Shown here: positions 1 to 12,031 of the stretch, piece by piece | How positions within the stretch are numbered: the stretch's first letter is position 1 | Layout of the letters: every line of letters begins with the position of its first letter | Source of the DNA: Mobula hypostoma | Taxonomy: Eukaryota | Direction of reading: 5' to 3' | Assembly (NCBI RefSeq): GCF_963921235.1 | Contig: NC_086107.1 | Span: forward strand, 106,332,001 to 106,396,000 | DNA length: 64,000 bases | The notes under the pieces: generated by a model | Databases searched by the model: none | Seen by the model: only the letters and a program-made list of their open reading frames with translations | What the model was told of the DNA's origin: nothing | Program-made: the position numbers and the translations under genes

Positions 1-61
1 AAGGAACTGGATAGACAGTACGAGTGGTAGGTGGAGGTGGCCTCACGGTACTCTCTCCCAC

Positions 62-398
62 CTTCTGTTCTCTCCGGAATGCTTTGGGCATCCTCGTCCT
101 CAAACTCCGAGTCCGGGAACTTGCTCCGCCCGTCCCGACCGGCGTCCTCCTCCGAGCGCTCCCTGGCGCCGTGGCTCTTGGCCAGGCTGACGGCCCGCGC
201 CGCGCACTTGCTCTTGGCCACCTTGAAGAACTTGTGCTTCCGCGCCAGCGGGAACGGGATCCGCTTCCCGTTCTCGCCGAGCTCCAGCTGGGCCGGGCCG
301 GACACCGAGGTGCCGTCAAAGCGCCGGGACAACGAGAGGCGAACCTTCCCCTTCTCCTTGAGCTTGCTGGCGCTCCGCAAGTCCATGCCATAGATCCG
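62..398 (-). CDS. CBX7: CBX7 coding exon 5 (RIYGMDLRSASKLKEKGKVRLSLSRR...IPERTE); the gene continues beyond the left edge
   Basis: AG acceptor at 400-399 after a poly-C tract. The frame is open and continues exon 4. YxMDLRS matches CBX7 (human RLYSMDLRS). GT donor at 61-60, with an alternative in-frame donor at 46-45. Confidence 0.88.
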
Positions 399-1326
399 CT
401 GGTGGGGGGGGGGGGACACAACGCAGGTGAGACAACACCATAGCAATCTACACCCCTCCCCAACTAACACCAAGGTAGCAGGTGAGCTATACTATTTAAA
501 GTCCTCACCTCAAACCCTCAGGATCCCCCAAAACATCATCCCAACAATCCAATTGGAATACTGATCCCTGCGGCAGCATAGGAAATGCAGCAACCAATCA
601 CAGAAAACCTCAACAAGCACCAGTAAGGTGCAAAGCTGCTTCTTCCAGCACCTCACTACCGCGCCCAGTGCCGACATCCGCGTGGGAACGGGTGGCTGTC
701 AGAAAGCACGTGGCTGGGCGGGCAAGTGCTGGAAGATCAGCCAGGAACATCCAGGGTAGGAGAGGGCCAAGCAGTAGTGCACCTAGACTACACTGAGCAT
801 GACGACGTCCGGAAGGGTGTTTGGGACAGGCATGGCGAACCTATGGCACACGTGCTCAAGATGGCCATGCGCAAAAATTTTATTGACACGCGGTTCCCCC
901 CAATTCTTTAAACCCCTCCCATAATAAAAGGATAGATAACGGTAATCTTTATTGCCAAGTAGAGAATGATTCTTTTTTTACAACCCAAGAGCAGTGGGGT
1001 CCTTTCACATTAAACGTCTTGCGCCAGCTTGGCGCCAACTCGACAGTTGCAAGAACAAGTGACATTGGATAGTTTTCGCAAACTGTCTGCACAATCAATA
1101 TTTAGATAGTAAATGTTTACAATAACAAAGCTATTTAGAAATGATGTTAATTTTCAACTGCCTTTTTAAAAGATTAATATTACTATCATTTCAACAGGTT
1201 TTCTAAAATGCTTCATTTATTTTAATCTGCTATAACTTTATTAATAGTAAAACAATGCAACTGAACTCATTCTCTTTCCTTAAAATAGTCCATAATTATT
1301 GTTACTAATTCATTAATCAATGATAA

Positions 1327-2116
1327 CACTAGACAACAAAGATTTTGCTTCCTGAATACTTCTGGTGTATTTTATGGATTTTCGGCTGCTGTTATAAAAA
1401 TCACCATGAAATTTCCCTATCACACACCATTTTTTGGAAATCACCTATATTCATAATTCACAATTCAAGTCAGAGTAACTGATGCCAAGGTTAAGGAAGG
1501 CATTTTTGCTGGTCCACAAATCAAACAGGTCATCAATGACAGACAATTTGAAGAACTTCTAGTGGGACTGGAGAAAATCACATGGAAGGCATTCAAAGAT
1601 GTTACTAAAAGTTTTCTTGGCAATTACAGAGCACCAATCTATATGCAGCTGGTGAACAACATGCTTCAAGCATACAAAACCATGAAGTGCAACATTGTCA
1701 CTGAAGATTCATTCCCATTTAGATTCTCTTCTGCATTCCCATTTAGACTTCATCCCTGCAAATCCTGGCGCTGTCAGTGACGAGCATGGGGAAAGGTTTC
1801 ACCAGAACATTGCAGTCATGGAGAAATGGTATCAGGGCAACTGGAACCCATCAATACTGGCTGATTATTGTTGGACACTTAAGCCAGAAGCCTCAGACAC
1901 TGAGTACAAATGAAAATCACCAAAAAAAACATTTTTAGCTTAGTTGAACAATTGCGAAATGTCAGCACTGTTACACCATTAAAAGCATTATATTCAATAA
2001 AAGTTAATTTCTTGTTTCTCCAAATTCCTACACGATACAAATAATCTGAAATTATATTTGTGTTCAACAAAGAAAATTTCTAAGGAAGCAACACCTTTGA
2101 AAAATGTTGTCCAGTG
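1327..2116 (+). mobile_element. Chapaev3 (CMC) DNA transposon, internally deleted, with a transposase C-terminal remnant
   Basis: CAC...GTG termini (cactagacaaca / tgttgtccagtg) and TAA TSD at 1324-1326 and 2117-2119. Frameshifted peptide KEGIFAGPQI...MSLKIH..HSHLDF..GAVSDEHGERFHQ..YQGNW...ADYCW. Confidence 0.8.
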
Positions 2117-2339
2117 TAATCTCTGCTCAGAATTACTAAGCGAGGGATTTTTCTTTTTTAAAAGAGGATAATCACCATTTTGGGGACACATTCTCAAAAG
2201 TCGTTCGACACCCTGCTTCGGGAAGAGGAGCTTGCAGAGGAAGCGGTCAGGAAGGGGGACTGGCTTTGAGGGAGGACAGGAACTGGCGGTGCTGTGGGTT
2301 CCCTAGTTGGTCAATAGCAGAGCAGACGCTTGGTTGGTG

Positions 2340-2665
2340 ACACAGGCGACACAGCAGCCCGAGCTGTTCCTTCGCGCCTCCAGCGACTCAGGTTCAATCC
2401 CCACCCCGGGAGCTGCCCGGATTGCAGTTTGCACTTCCTCCCCCCAAGACCACGTGGGCTCCCGGCCTCTCCCCACAGGCCACAGGTGCTGTGGATTTGC
2501 TGGTCACTGTAAGATGACCCTGGTGTGTGGGTGAGTGATGGGAATGTTGGGGGGGAAGTTGATGTGAATTTGGGGAGAATAAATGGAATCAGTATAAATG
2601 GTGAATGGGTGGGGGTGATGACCGTCTCAGTGGACAAAGGGTTTGTTTCTACCCCCTGTCGCTAT
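2340..2665 (+). mobile_element. Degenerate V-type tRNA-SINE
   Basis: B-box-like ggttcaatccc, V-domain remnant and ggtcactgtaa, similar to other copies in the window. Confidence 0.5.
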
Positions 2666-3080
2666 GACAACAGGCCTCTCTTGGCAGTGGGCATTGGTTT
2701 GACTAAAGGCAGGGAGAGGAGGCAATTCAGCCCTGTGTTCTACCACTCAGAAGGGCAGAAGATTTAGCAGCAGGCCCTTTGGCCCTTCGAGTCTATTCTG
2801 CCTTTAGACATAGGAGCAGAATCAGGTTATCTGGCCCATCGTGGCTGATCCAAATCACAGCCTCAGGGCCACTTTCCTGCTCTGTCCTTCATAAACCTTG
2901 GCCTCGAGTGGAGGGGCCAGAAAATGCAGGTCTCTGGAGTAGGATTCGAACCTGTAACTTGCTGATTTCGGCCTTGAACAGATTCAATGAGTCGACCGCC
3001 ATGTCACCGGGGGACAGCCGCCTGAGTTTTAGCGAACTGGCCACCCTGCAACACTGCGCCCGCATTCCCGCGTCCCTCAC

Positions 3081-3147
3081 CTGCAGTAGAAATCGTTTCG
3101 GTTTCGGGCCCCGCTTCCTGTATCCAAGCGCACGGTCTCTCTGCTCC
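3081..3147 (-). CDS. CBX7: CBX7 coding exon 4 (EQRDRALGYRKRGPKPKRFLLQ, AT-hook-like motif)
   Basis: 67 nt, AG at 3149-3148, GTGAG donor at 3080. Contains the RKRGPKPK motif of Pc-class CBX proteins. Confidence 0.95.
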
Positions 3148-3597
3148 CTGGTGGAGGACAGGCCAAAGTGTCCAAGTTTAACAGGAGGAACAAGAGGAGA
3201 GAAGAGAGCTCAGTACAAGTTCCAGAGTATCAGCCCTTTGCTACGCCAACACGAAGCTGGAGAAACGCGGCAGATTAGGCTGCACCTATGGCAAGAAACG
3301 GACAGCTGACGTTTCGGTTGGACGGATGACGAAACGTCGACTATCCAATTCCCTCCATAGACGCTGCCTGACCTGCGGAGTTCCTGCAGCATCTTGTGTG
3401 TTGCTCCAGATTTAAGCATCCTGTGTCTCTCCTACAACATGGATGTGTCCTGTTCAGATGCATTACGGCTTGGTACAGCAACTGCTCTATCCGTGACCAC
3501 AGGGAACTGCAGAGCTGCGGACACAGCTCAGCGCGTCACAGAGTTCTGCATTCACCTCTCTCACCGCCTCGGTAAAGCAGCCAGTGTAATCCAAGGA

Positions 3598-4262
3598 GCA
3601 CACACAACACGCTGGAGGAACTCAGCAGGCCAGGCAGCATCGATGGAACAGAGTGCACAGCCGACGGTTTGGCCCGAGACTCTGACCTGCGGAGTTCCGC
3701 CAGCATTTTGTGTGCGTTGCTTTGGACTTCCAGCACCTGCAGATTTTCCTGGGGCCAAACATTTCCCGCTGGCCAAACCCATTCCCAATCCAGCGTGCCG
3801 GTCCATGGCCTCCTCCTGTGGCAATGAGGCCACCCTCGGGGTTGAGGAGCAACCTCTTATATTGCGTCTGGGTAGCCTCCAACCTGACAGCACGAATATC
3901 AATTTTTCCTTCTGGTGGGCAAATTTCCCCCCCCACCAACTTCTTCTATTCCCTACTCTAACCCTTTACCTCTTCTCACCTGCCTATCGCCTCCCCGAGT
4001 CCCCTCCTCCTTCCCTTTCCCCTATAGTCCACTCTCCTCTCCTATCAGATTCCTTCTTCTCCAGCCTTTTACCTTTCCCACCCACCTGGCTTCAACCATC
4101 ACCTCCCAACTAGCCTCCTTCCCCTCTCCCAACTTCTCTTTCTGTCCTCTTCCCCCTTCCTTCACAGTCCTGAAGAAGGGTCTTGGCCCAATACGTCGAC
4201 TGTTTATTCATTTCCATAGATGCTGCCTGACCTGTTGAGTTCCTCCAACATTTTGTGTGTGC
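3598..4262 (+). mobile_element. Penelope-like element remnant with an inverted 5' piece, GIY-YIG C-terminus and mutated hammerhead
   Basis: Peptide EATLGVEEQPLILRLGSLQPDSTNINFS, then a pyrimidine-rich tract, then acagtc-CTGAAGA-...-AATA-cgtc-gactgt at 4164-4203. Confidence 0.75.
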
Positions 4263-5124
4263 TGCTACTTTTATTTTTTTTTGCAAATTAATGGCATTTT
4301 GTTTGGTATCTTGCACTGTACTGATGCCACAAAACAATAACCTTCACAACGTACATACGTCAGTGATAATGCACCTGATTGTGGAATTCCAATTATAGAA
4401 TCTCAGGGAGAAATACTGAAGCACAAGGTGACAGCCCACGACCGGCACACCCAAGCAGAAACTAGTTCCCTTCTCAAAGTTCAGAGTAAATTTGATACCA
4501 AACTACATATAGGTCACCATATACATTCCCGCCTCCCAAAGCCTAACCCTACTCCCCTATCATGAGAGGTGGAAACAGGTAAGGCCGGTCAACAGGGCTC
4601 TGGTGCGGCTGTACAGGTCAATCCCCCGTACAATGGACAGCAGAGGTGTTGATGAACTCCAACCACACCATTGACTTCCGAGGACGATGGAGATGGGAGG
4701 TCATTGATGGCCTGTGCTCCACTGGGAGCTGAGGGCCCAAGTATGTACAACCCTGAGATCCACTTTTTTGTGGGCATACTCAATAAATCAATAACCATTA
4801 CAGAATTAATGAAAGACTGCCCAACTTGGACATTCAACCAGGGTGCAGAAGACAGCAAAATGCAAATACCAAAAGAAAGGAACAATAATAATAAATAAAC
4901 AAGAAATAAATATCCAGAAAATGAGATGAAGAGTCCTTGGAAGTGAGTCTGTTGGTTGTGGGAACAGTTCGAAGACAAGTGAAATTGAGTGAAGTTATCC
5001 CCTTTGGCTCAAGAGCCTGATGGTTGAGGGGTAATAACTGTTCCTGAACCTGGTGGTGCGAGTTCTGAAGCTCCTGTACTTGTGATGTATTGTTGCAAAT
5101 ATCTGTTAAACACACTTACAAACA

Positions 5125-5470
5125 CTTACGAGGAGTGTTTGACGGCTCTGGGACTGCATTCCCTGAAGTTTAGAAGAATGAGGGAAAATCTCATTGAAAC
5201 CTATTGAATACTGAAAGGCTTAGATAGAGAGGACGTGGAGAGGAGGTTTCTATTCGTCAGGGAGTCTAGGACCAGAGGGCACAGCTTCAGGATACAAAGA
5301 CGTCCCTTTAGAGCAATGATTAGGAGGAATTTCTTTCGCCAGAGGGTGGTGAATTTGAGGAACTCATTGCACAGAGAGCTGTGGAGGACAAAACAATGGG
5401 TACATTTAAGGAAGAGGTTGATAGGTTCTTCATTAGTAAGGGCGTCAAAGGTCGTGGGGAGAAGGCAGAA
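5125..5470 (+). mobile_element. CR1 LINE 3' fragment
   Basis: ESRTRGHSFRI...RRNFFRQRVVNL, the CR1 ORF2 C-terminus. Confidence 0.8.
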
Positions 5471-5944
5471 TCATTTCAATTTCAAGGTTAATTGTCATTT
5501 GACCACATATGAATACAGGCAATCGAGACAGCATTACTACAGGGTCAAGATGCAAAGACGTATCACCCACAGCCACACACTAAGCACACACAAGCTCACA
5601 GTCACAGAATAAAAGAATCCCAATGCCAACCCAACCCCCAAACCCACAGCATGATACCCAATCCTCTCCCATACAATTCAACAGACCCGTACAGAGTATC
5701 GCTAAGATACCATGACGCAGAACATACATGTATGTAGTCAGACCCCCCACCCCACAGACCGCCTGTCAACCCGCTCCGACACCCGGGGTTAAGAGGGATA
5801 GTAAATCAGCCTCGATGGGCCAAATGGCTTGATTCTGCTCCTCTGTCTCCCGGTCGAAACCCAACTAAAACACACATCTTTACTTGCTGGGGCTGATGCT
5901 CTGATACACCATAATGATGGGGTAAAGTTTAAAAACTCTCTTAC

Positions 5945-6010
5945 TTCTCCTCATAAGCCATGACGAGTCGTGGATCCAGGATGTGGTCTTCGGGCTCCCA
6001 AGTGCTGTAC
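5945..6010 (-). CDS. CBX7: CBX7 coding exon 3 (YSTWEPEDHILDPRLVMAYEEK)
   Basis: 66 nt, AG at 6012-6011, GTAAG donor at 5944. Encodes the chromodomain C-terminal half. Confidence 0.96.
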
Positions 6011-7519
6011 CTGTGAGGTCAAGCGGACAGTTAGACCGTAAGACACAGGAGACATCAATTCTGCTTTGCCGTTCCATCGTGGCTGAGCCTAGATGGCGCA
6101 CTTATCATCGAGAGTGTAACAATGTCCCACGATTAAATTCAATCAACACCACCGCCACCCCCCCCCCAGCCTCTTCGAGAACCCTGGTTGACATTAAAAC
6201 ATTGTGCAACTCCACCATTCCTGGACATCCCAAGGCAATTTACTGCTGTTTCACAGTTGGCAACGTAGGGAAAAAGCAGACCCGAGCGACTACGGGACGT
6301 GGGACCGGGAGCAGCAAACACTCGGCGGGTCGAGCAGCACCTGTAGTGAGGGGAGAGAAACCGTCGATGTTTCGGGTCAACACCCTGCATCAGGGCTGGG
6401 CACGGAAAGTGTAGAGCGCCGGTGCGAAGAGGGGAAGGGGATGGCTGAGACGGCGACGGGTAGGTGATCGGTGGACCGCGGAGGGGTGAGGAAATGACGG
6501 GTAGATGGAGGTAGGGGAGGGAGAATAGCAGAGTTGGGAGACAAGGGCAGGTGGAGGCAGGCAGAGAGAGGCAGAAGAAGCCAGGTTTGGGGGGGTGGGG
6601 GGAGAAAATGGAGAATAGGCAGTCTGTTTTTATGATAAGCTATATGGGCTGGTTGTCTTCTATGTGCAAGGACAGACCTCATGCTGTGGTGTCACGGGGG
6701 GGGCGGGTCAGGGTGCTCTACCAGGAGCGGTGTGGCACGGCGTCCAGGTTGGAGTCGGAGTTGCCCTCCCTAGTGTCCGCTCTGCAGGATATAGGCTCTA
6801 TTGTGCTCAACTGTCAACTGATGGTGCGAGTTTTTGACTCTGCTATTGTGTGACTGCGGTATCATTTATGCTGGCTACCTCAGGTGTGCTTTGTGCTGTG
6901 TATGACCGCTGGTACTGCATTCTGTACCTTGACCCCGCAGTAACACTGTCGTTTGGCTGTATTCATGCATGATTGAGTAACAATTAAACGAATTGAATAT
7001 TGCTAGAATTATGGGTCAGGATAAACTCCATCCTTCAACAGGTCATCATGGGATCTTGCATCCATCTGAGAAAGCAGACAATGGAGCCCTTGGTCTAGTA
7101 TGTCACCCGGTACTTCTGAAGGTGCAGCACCCCCCTGCTCCACCACCCCAGCACTGCAGTGGAGGGTCAGCCGAGACTTCTGAACCTGGGTCTCGGGAGC
7201 AGAAATCAAACCCACAACCTTCAGGCCCAACTACCACTTTGACTTTGAGACTATTCGGGTGACTGCAGAGAGAAGCAGAGGATGGACGACCAGTGTTTCT
7301 TGATTAGCCAGGGCATCAAAGGGTGTGGGGTGAAAGCAAGGGAGTGGGGATGACTTGAAGAACTGGATCAGCCCATGATTGAAGGGTGGAACAGACTCGA
7401 CAGGCTGAATGGCCTACTTCTGCTCCTGTATCTTATGGTCTAACTGAAGAACCAAGTAGTATCACTGTCACCAGCACTGACGCTAGATTTTTATTCCAGA
7501 CTTATTTAGTTATTGACTT

Positions 7520-8430
7520 GCCTGCAGAAGGCAGAGGGTGGTAGCAGATGGAGAGTGTTCTGTCCGGAGGTCAGTGACCAGCGGTGTTCCTGCAGGGCTC
7601 TGCTCTGGGATTTTTATAAATGACTTAGATGATGAACTCCAAGGGTGAGTTAGTAAATTTGCAGATGACATGATGGGTTGGTGGCATTGTGGATAGTGGA
7701 AAAGGCTGTCGTAGGTTATGACGGGATATTGACAGGATGCAGAGATGGGCTGAGAAGTGGGAGATGGAGTTCAACGTCGAGAAATGTGCAGTGATTCAGT
7801 TTGGAAGGCTGAGACATAAAGACAGATACAGGCATAACGACAGGATTCTCATCAGTGTGGAGGAACAGAGGGACCTTGGGGTCCACCTCTACAGATCCCA
7901 CAAAGTTGCAGCACAAGCTGATAGGGTATAAGAAGGCATAAGGTGTGTTTGCCTCCATCATTCAGAAGAATAAGTTCAAGAGTCACAAGGTAATGTTGCA
8001 ACTCCTTGAAACTCTGCTTAGACTACACTTGGAGCATTGTGCTCAGTTCTGGCCACCTGATTATAGGAAGGACGTGAAAACTTTACAGAGGGTGCATAGG
8101 AGATTTACCAGAATGCTGCAGGGATTAGAGACCATGTCTTATGAAGAAAGGCTGAGCAAGCTAGGGCTTCTCTCTCTGGAGTGAAGGAGTTTGAGGGGGC
8201 AACTTGACAGAGGTGCATAAGATGATAAGAGAAACTGGGGAAGTGGACAGTCAGTGCTTTTTCCCAGTGCAACAGTGGCTAACACGAGAGGATATTATCT
8301 TAAATGTGACTGGAGGAAAGTATAGTAGGGGAGGGGAATGCCAAAGGTAGGGCTTTTTTAAATCTTACACAGACAATGGTACGTACATGGATGGCACTGC
8401 CGGGGGTGGGTAGAGGCAGATACACCATCG
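7520..8430 (+). mobile_element. CR1 LINE RT fragment (degenerate)
   Basis: WAEKWEMEFNVEKC, QRDLGV, RLHLEHCAQFW motifs. Confidence 0.8.
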
Positions 8431-8506
8431 GATAATGCCAGGTGCCTGACTGATGCTATTGTTGAAGGGTCCCGACCTGAAACGGTGACTATTTCCCTCC
8501 AAGGCT

Positions 8507-8735
8507 AAACACGAGGAAATTTGCAGATGCTGGAATTTCAAGCAACACACTTAAAAGTTGCTGGTGAACGCATCAAGCCAGGTAGCATCTCTAGGAAGAG
8601 TTACAGTCAACATTTTGGGCTGAGACCCTTCGTCAGGACTAACTGAAAGAAGAGCTAGTAAGAGCCTGTCCACTGTACCTCTTCCTAAAGATGCTGCCTG
8701 GCCTGCTGCGTTCACCAGCAACTTTGATGTGTGTT
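8507..8735. mobile_element. Short fold-back Penelope-like terminal insertion nested in an older Penelope-like remnant
   Basis: Inverted copies of aacacac..aaagttgctggtgaacgc..ggcagcatct, flanked by the direct repeat cctccaa(g/a)gct. Confidence 0.65.
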
Positions 8736-9504
8736 CCTCCAAAGCTGCTGCCTGACCTACTGAGCTCCCCCAGTGCTGTACATCAATCCTTCTCACTTGC
8801 TCTTTCCCTGCTGCCCTGTCAATGTTTTCTTTTCACACGTTCGTGCAATTCTTTTCTTTCCTCTCTGGCCCTTGACCTTTCCCACCCTCCTGGCTTCACC
8901 TATCATCTTCCAGCTAGCCTCTTTCCCCTCCCCTCACCTTTTTAATTCAGGCATCTTCCCCCTTCCTTCTCAGTCTTGAAGGGTCTCAGCCCAAAACATC
9001 GACTGTTTACTCTTTTCCACAGATGCTGCCTGACCTGCTGAGTTCCTTCAGCAAGTTGTGTGTGTATTGCCCTTTTGAAACACTCTGTTGAATCCATTTC
9101 CTTCTGACCAAAATTTTCCAAACCGTTGAAACTGAATTTCTCGATCTCCCCGCTGGTTCTCCTGTCGTGTTCCTCATATTCCGGAAATTCCAGTCACTAC
9201 AAAAGATTCTTTCTTCCCTTGATCAAAGCCCCAAGTAAGATGGAGTAGAATTCTGTGCTTCCAACTACATTGTCCCAGTCCCCAACTCTCCATTATTCCA
9301 GCTGTCTCCCAAACCTCGCATACATGGATTTGTTCTCAATAGTCCTGGCAAACCAAGCAACCAATCACAGAAGCGGCCCATGAGCACATGACGGCTGGCC
9401 AAAGGATGGGTTGCCAGCTCTGATTGGTTGCAAGGATCCATCATGTGATCTCCTGTTGACTCTTGCCAATCTTTACTGAGGCACCACAGAAAGCATTGGG
9501 TCTG

Positions 9505-9900
9505 GATACAGAATCAGGTTTAATATCACTGGCATGTGTCGTGAAATTTGTTTTGTGGAAGCACGTTGTAATATATAATGATAAAAACTATAAATTGCAG
9601 TAAGAAGTACAAAAAAATTAACATGTAGTGCAAAAAGAGAGTAACAAATAAAAGTTACTGTACATGGGTTCAATGTCCATTCAGAAATCTGATGGCAGAG
9701 GGGAAGAAGCTGTTCCTGAAATGCTGAGTGTCTTCAAGCTCCGGTACCCCCTCCTTGATGGTATGAATGAGAAAGCATGTCCTGGGGAATGGGGTCCTTA
9801 ATAATGCATAATGCCTTTTTGAGGCATAGTCTTTTGTATTCAATGCCGGAGAGAGCCGTGCCCAAGATGGAACTGGCTGAGTTAACAACTTTTTGCGGCT
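9505..9900 (-). mobile_element. Rex1/Babar-like LINE 3' fragment
   Basis: QKVVNSASSILGT...IIKDP and FRNSFFPSAIRFLN motifs. Confidence 0.65.
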
Positions 9901-10903
9901 TTTTTCGATCCTGGTGCAGCGACTGCTCTGCACGTAACAGAAATAAACCGCAGAGTGTGGCGCACACAGTCCATCACATCACGGGAACCATCCTCCCCTC
10001 GACTACCCACTGCCTCGGTGAGGCAAAGACCCCACACACCCCAGACTTCTCTCTTCTCCCCTCTTCCACTGGGTAGAAGATAAGAAAGCCTGGAAGCACG
10101 TACTATACCACCGGGCTCGTGGACAGCTTCTATCCCTGTTATCCGATTCCTGATGGACCTCTAGTACCATAAAATGGACTCTAGGCCTCACAATCTAGCT
10201 GTTACAGTCTTTATCATTGACCTCTGCTGCACTTTTTCGCAAATTTTTACACTTTATTCTGCATTATTACTGTTTTACCTAATCCTACCTCAATGCACTG
10301 AGTAATGATCTGATCTGTACGAACAGTATGCAAGACAAGCTTTTCACTGTATCTTGGTATTTGTGTCAATGATACAACAGTATATATCTCATGCTGAGAA
10401 CTGAACACCGGGAAAATGGAAAAGACAAGGCAGCCAACTAAATTCACCTTGCCTGTCGGTAGAATCTCTCTTCAATATTGTAACGAAAGAGGCAAAGACT
10501 ATTTTGTGTGATACTCCCATGATGTTCCTCCTGGGTTTATTTGAAGACACAGGAGAAGAGTTAAGCCATTCAGCCCATCGAGTCTGTTCTGCCGTTCCAT
10601 CACGGCTGATTTATTATCCGTCTCGACCAGATATCGAGCACTAGATTCCACAGGAATCTGTTGCTAGCGACCCCTTTGCAATCCTGGCAGGACACGCCCT
10701 CACTGCATCAATCAGGCACCAGGAGGCTCTGGCCTCAACCTGCCAAGACTGGGGCCGAGAGGTCGATCCCACCTACCTCCCGGCTTACTGTTCAGGGCCG
10801 CGCCAAGCTGAGACAGGATGGTCAGTGCAGCAGAGTCAGGGACCAAATACCGCGAGGGGAAGGGGCAGGGAGAGGCACCGGAAGAACAAGACAGCCGACT
10901 TAC

Positions 10904-10947
10904 TTTGGGGGCCATCCTTTCCACTTCACAAGGTATTCCACTCTGCC
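10904..10947 (-). CDS. CBX7: CBX7 coding exon 2 (GRVEYLVKWKGWPPK)
   Basis: 44 nt, AG at 10949-10948, GTAAGT donor at 10903. Contains the chromodomain aromatic-cage residues W32 and W35. Confidence 0.96.
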
Positions 10948-11362
10948 CTGTAGACAAGAAGAGAAACCATCGTCAGGGTTACAATTAGAGAGGCGCTCTG
11001 GTATGGAACCTGACGCGACCGCAGCCACTCTGAGCCCCCGTACTCAGCTTCCATTTGCAACCCACCCACTGCTGTTCGTGTAATGTGCTACAGTAAGACC
11101 GTAAGACATAGGAGTATGATTAGGCCATTCAGCCCATCAAGTCCGCTCTGCTGATCCATTTCCTTCTCAACCCTAGTCTCCTGCCTTCCCCTCATCAAGG
11201 GATCTGGTGAGAGGGTAGGTGTATGGGGTTGAATGGGATCCTGTATCAGCCGTGATGAAATGCTGGACAGGGCCCAAAGGGTTGAATGGCCTAATTCTGC
11301 TTCATTGTCTTATGGTCTTATAACATTTCACACCCAGACTAATAGGAACCTATCATACCCTG

Positions 11363-12031
11363 TGTAGCCCCCCAGTCAGCCTCAGGGTCGCTCGGCTCGC
11401 TGTCATCTAGGGAAACAGCCCTCGGCCCCGCCAAACAGGGTAATTACTTTGTGTGGATGCTGTGAGATGTACCCCACCCCACCCAAATAACAGACAATAC
11501 ACCAGATACGATTAAATGATTTACAGTTTATAGATATTACTGGAAATATATAATTAATACAGAATAAAATATAAAAGGAAAATAAAAGGCGCTACACTTA
11601 TCAAAGTTCAATCTCTTCGTGCACCAACAGTTGGAGCTCAGGACCCTTCTTCTTCACCCTGCGACCCCTCGGACCACCTCGACTAGCCGCCTGGGACCGA
11701 CAACGGTGGTCGACCAGATGCTCCACACAAGTCCATCTCCGTCTCCTCTCCTCACTGAACGCCCTCCTCGGGGTCCGACCCCTTTAGCGGACTCACGGCA
11801 CCTGGTCCATCCTCTCTCTCTCCCGCCTTCTCCCTCCAAAAACCCCGCGCATACAATATCTTACAGATACACCAAAAGCATAACAACTATCCCAATTGGT
11901 TCGTAACATCTTCTTATAACAATCTAACCCAAAACAAGTTGCTAGCGCAAGAACTTTCTCACCGTTTAACATAACAAAGAAGCCATCTTAATTAGCCTAC
12001 ACAGTAACATAAAAGACGAAACCCCCTTACA
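11363..12031. mobile_element. Solo LTR (Gypsy or ERV type) inserted into a CR1 3' remnant in CBX7 intron 1
   Basis: TGTA...TACA termini and a 4-bp TSD CCTG at 11359-11362 and 12032-12035. No internal coding sequence. Confidence 0.8.

Noticed and set aside
24..443. Plus-strand ORFs of 139 and 120 aa
   Set aside because: They are antisense shadows of the GC-rich CBX7 exon 5.
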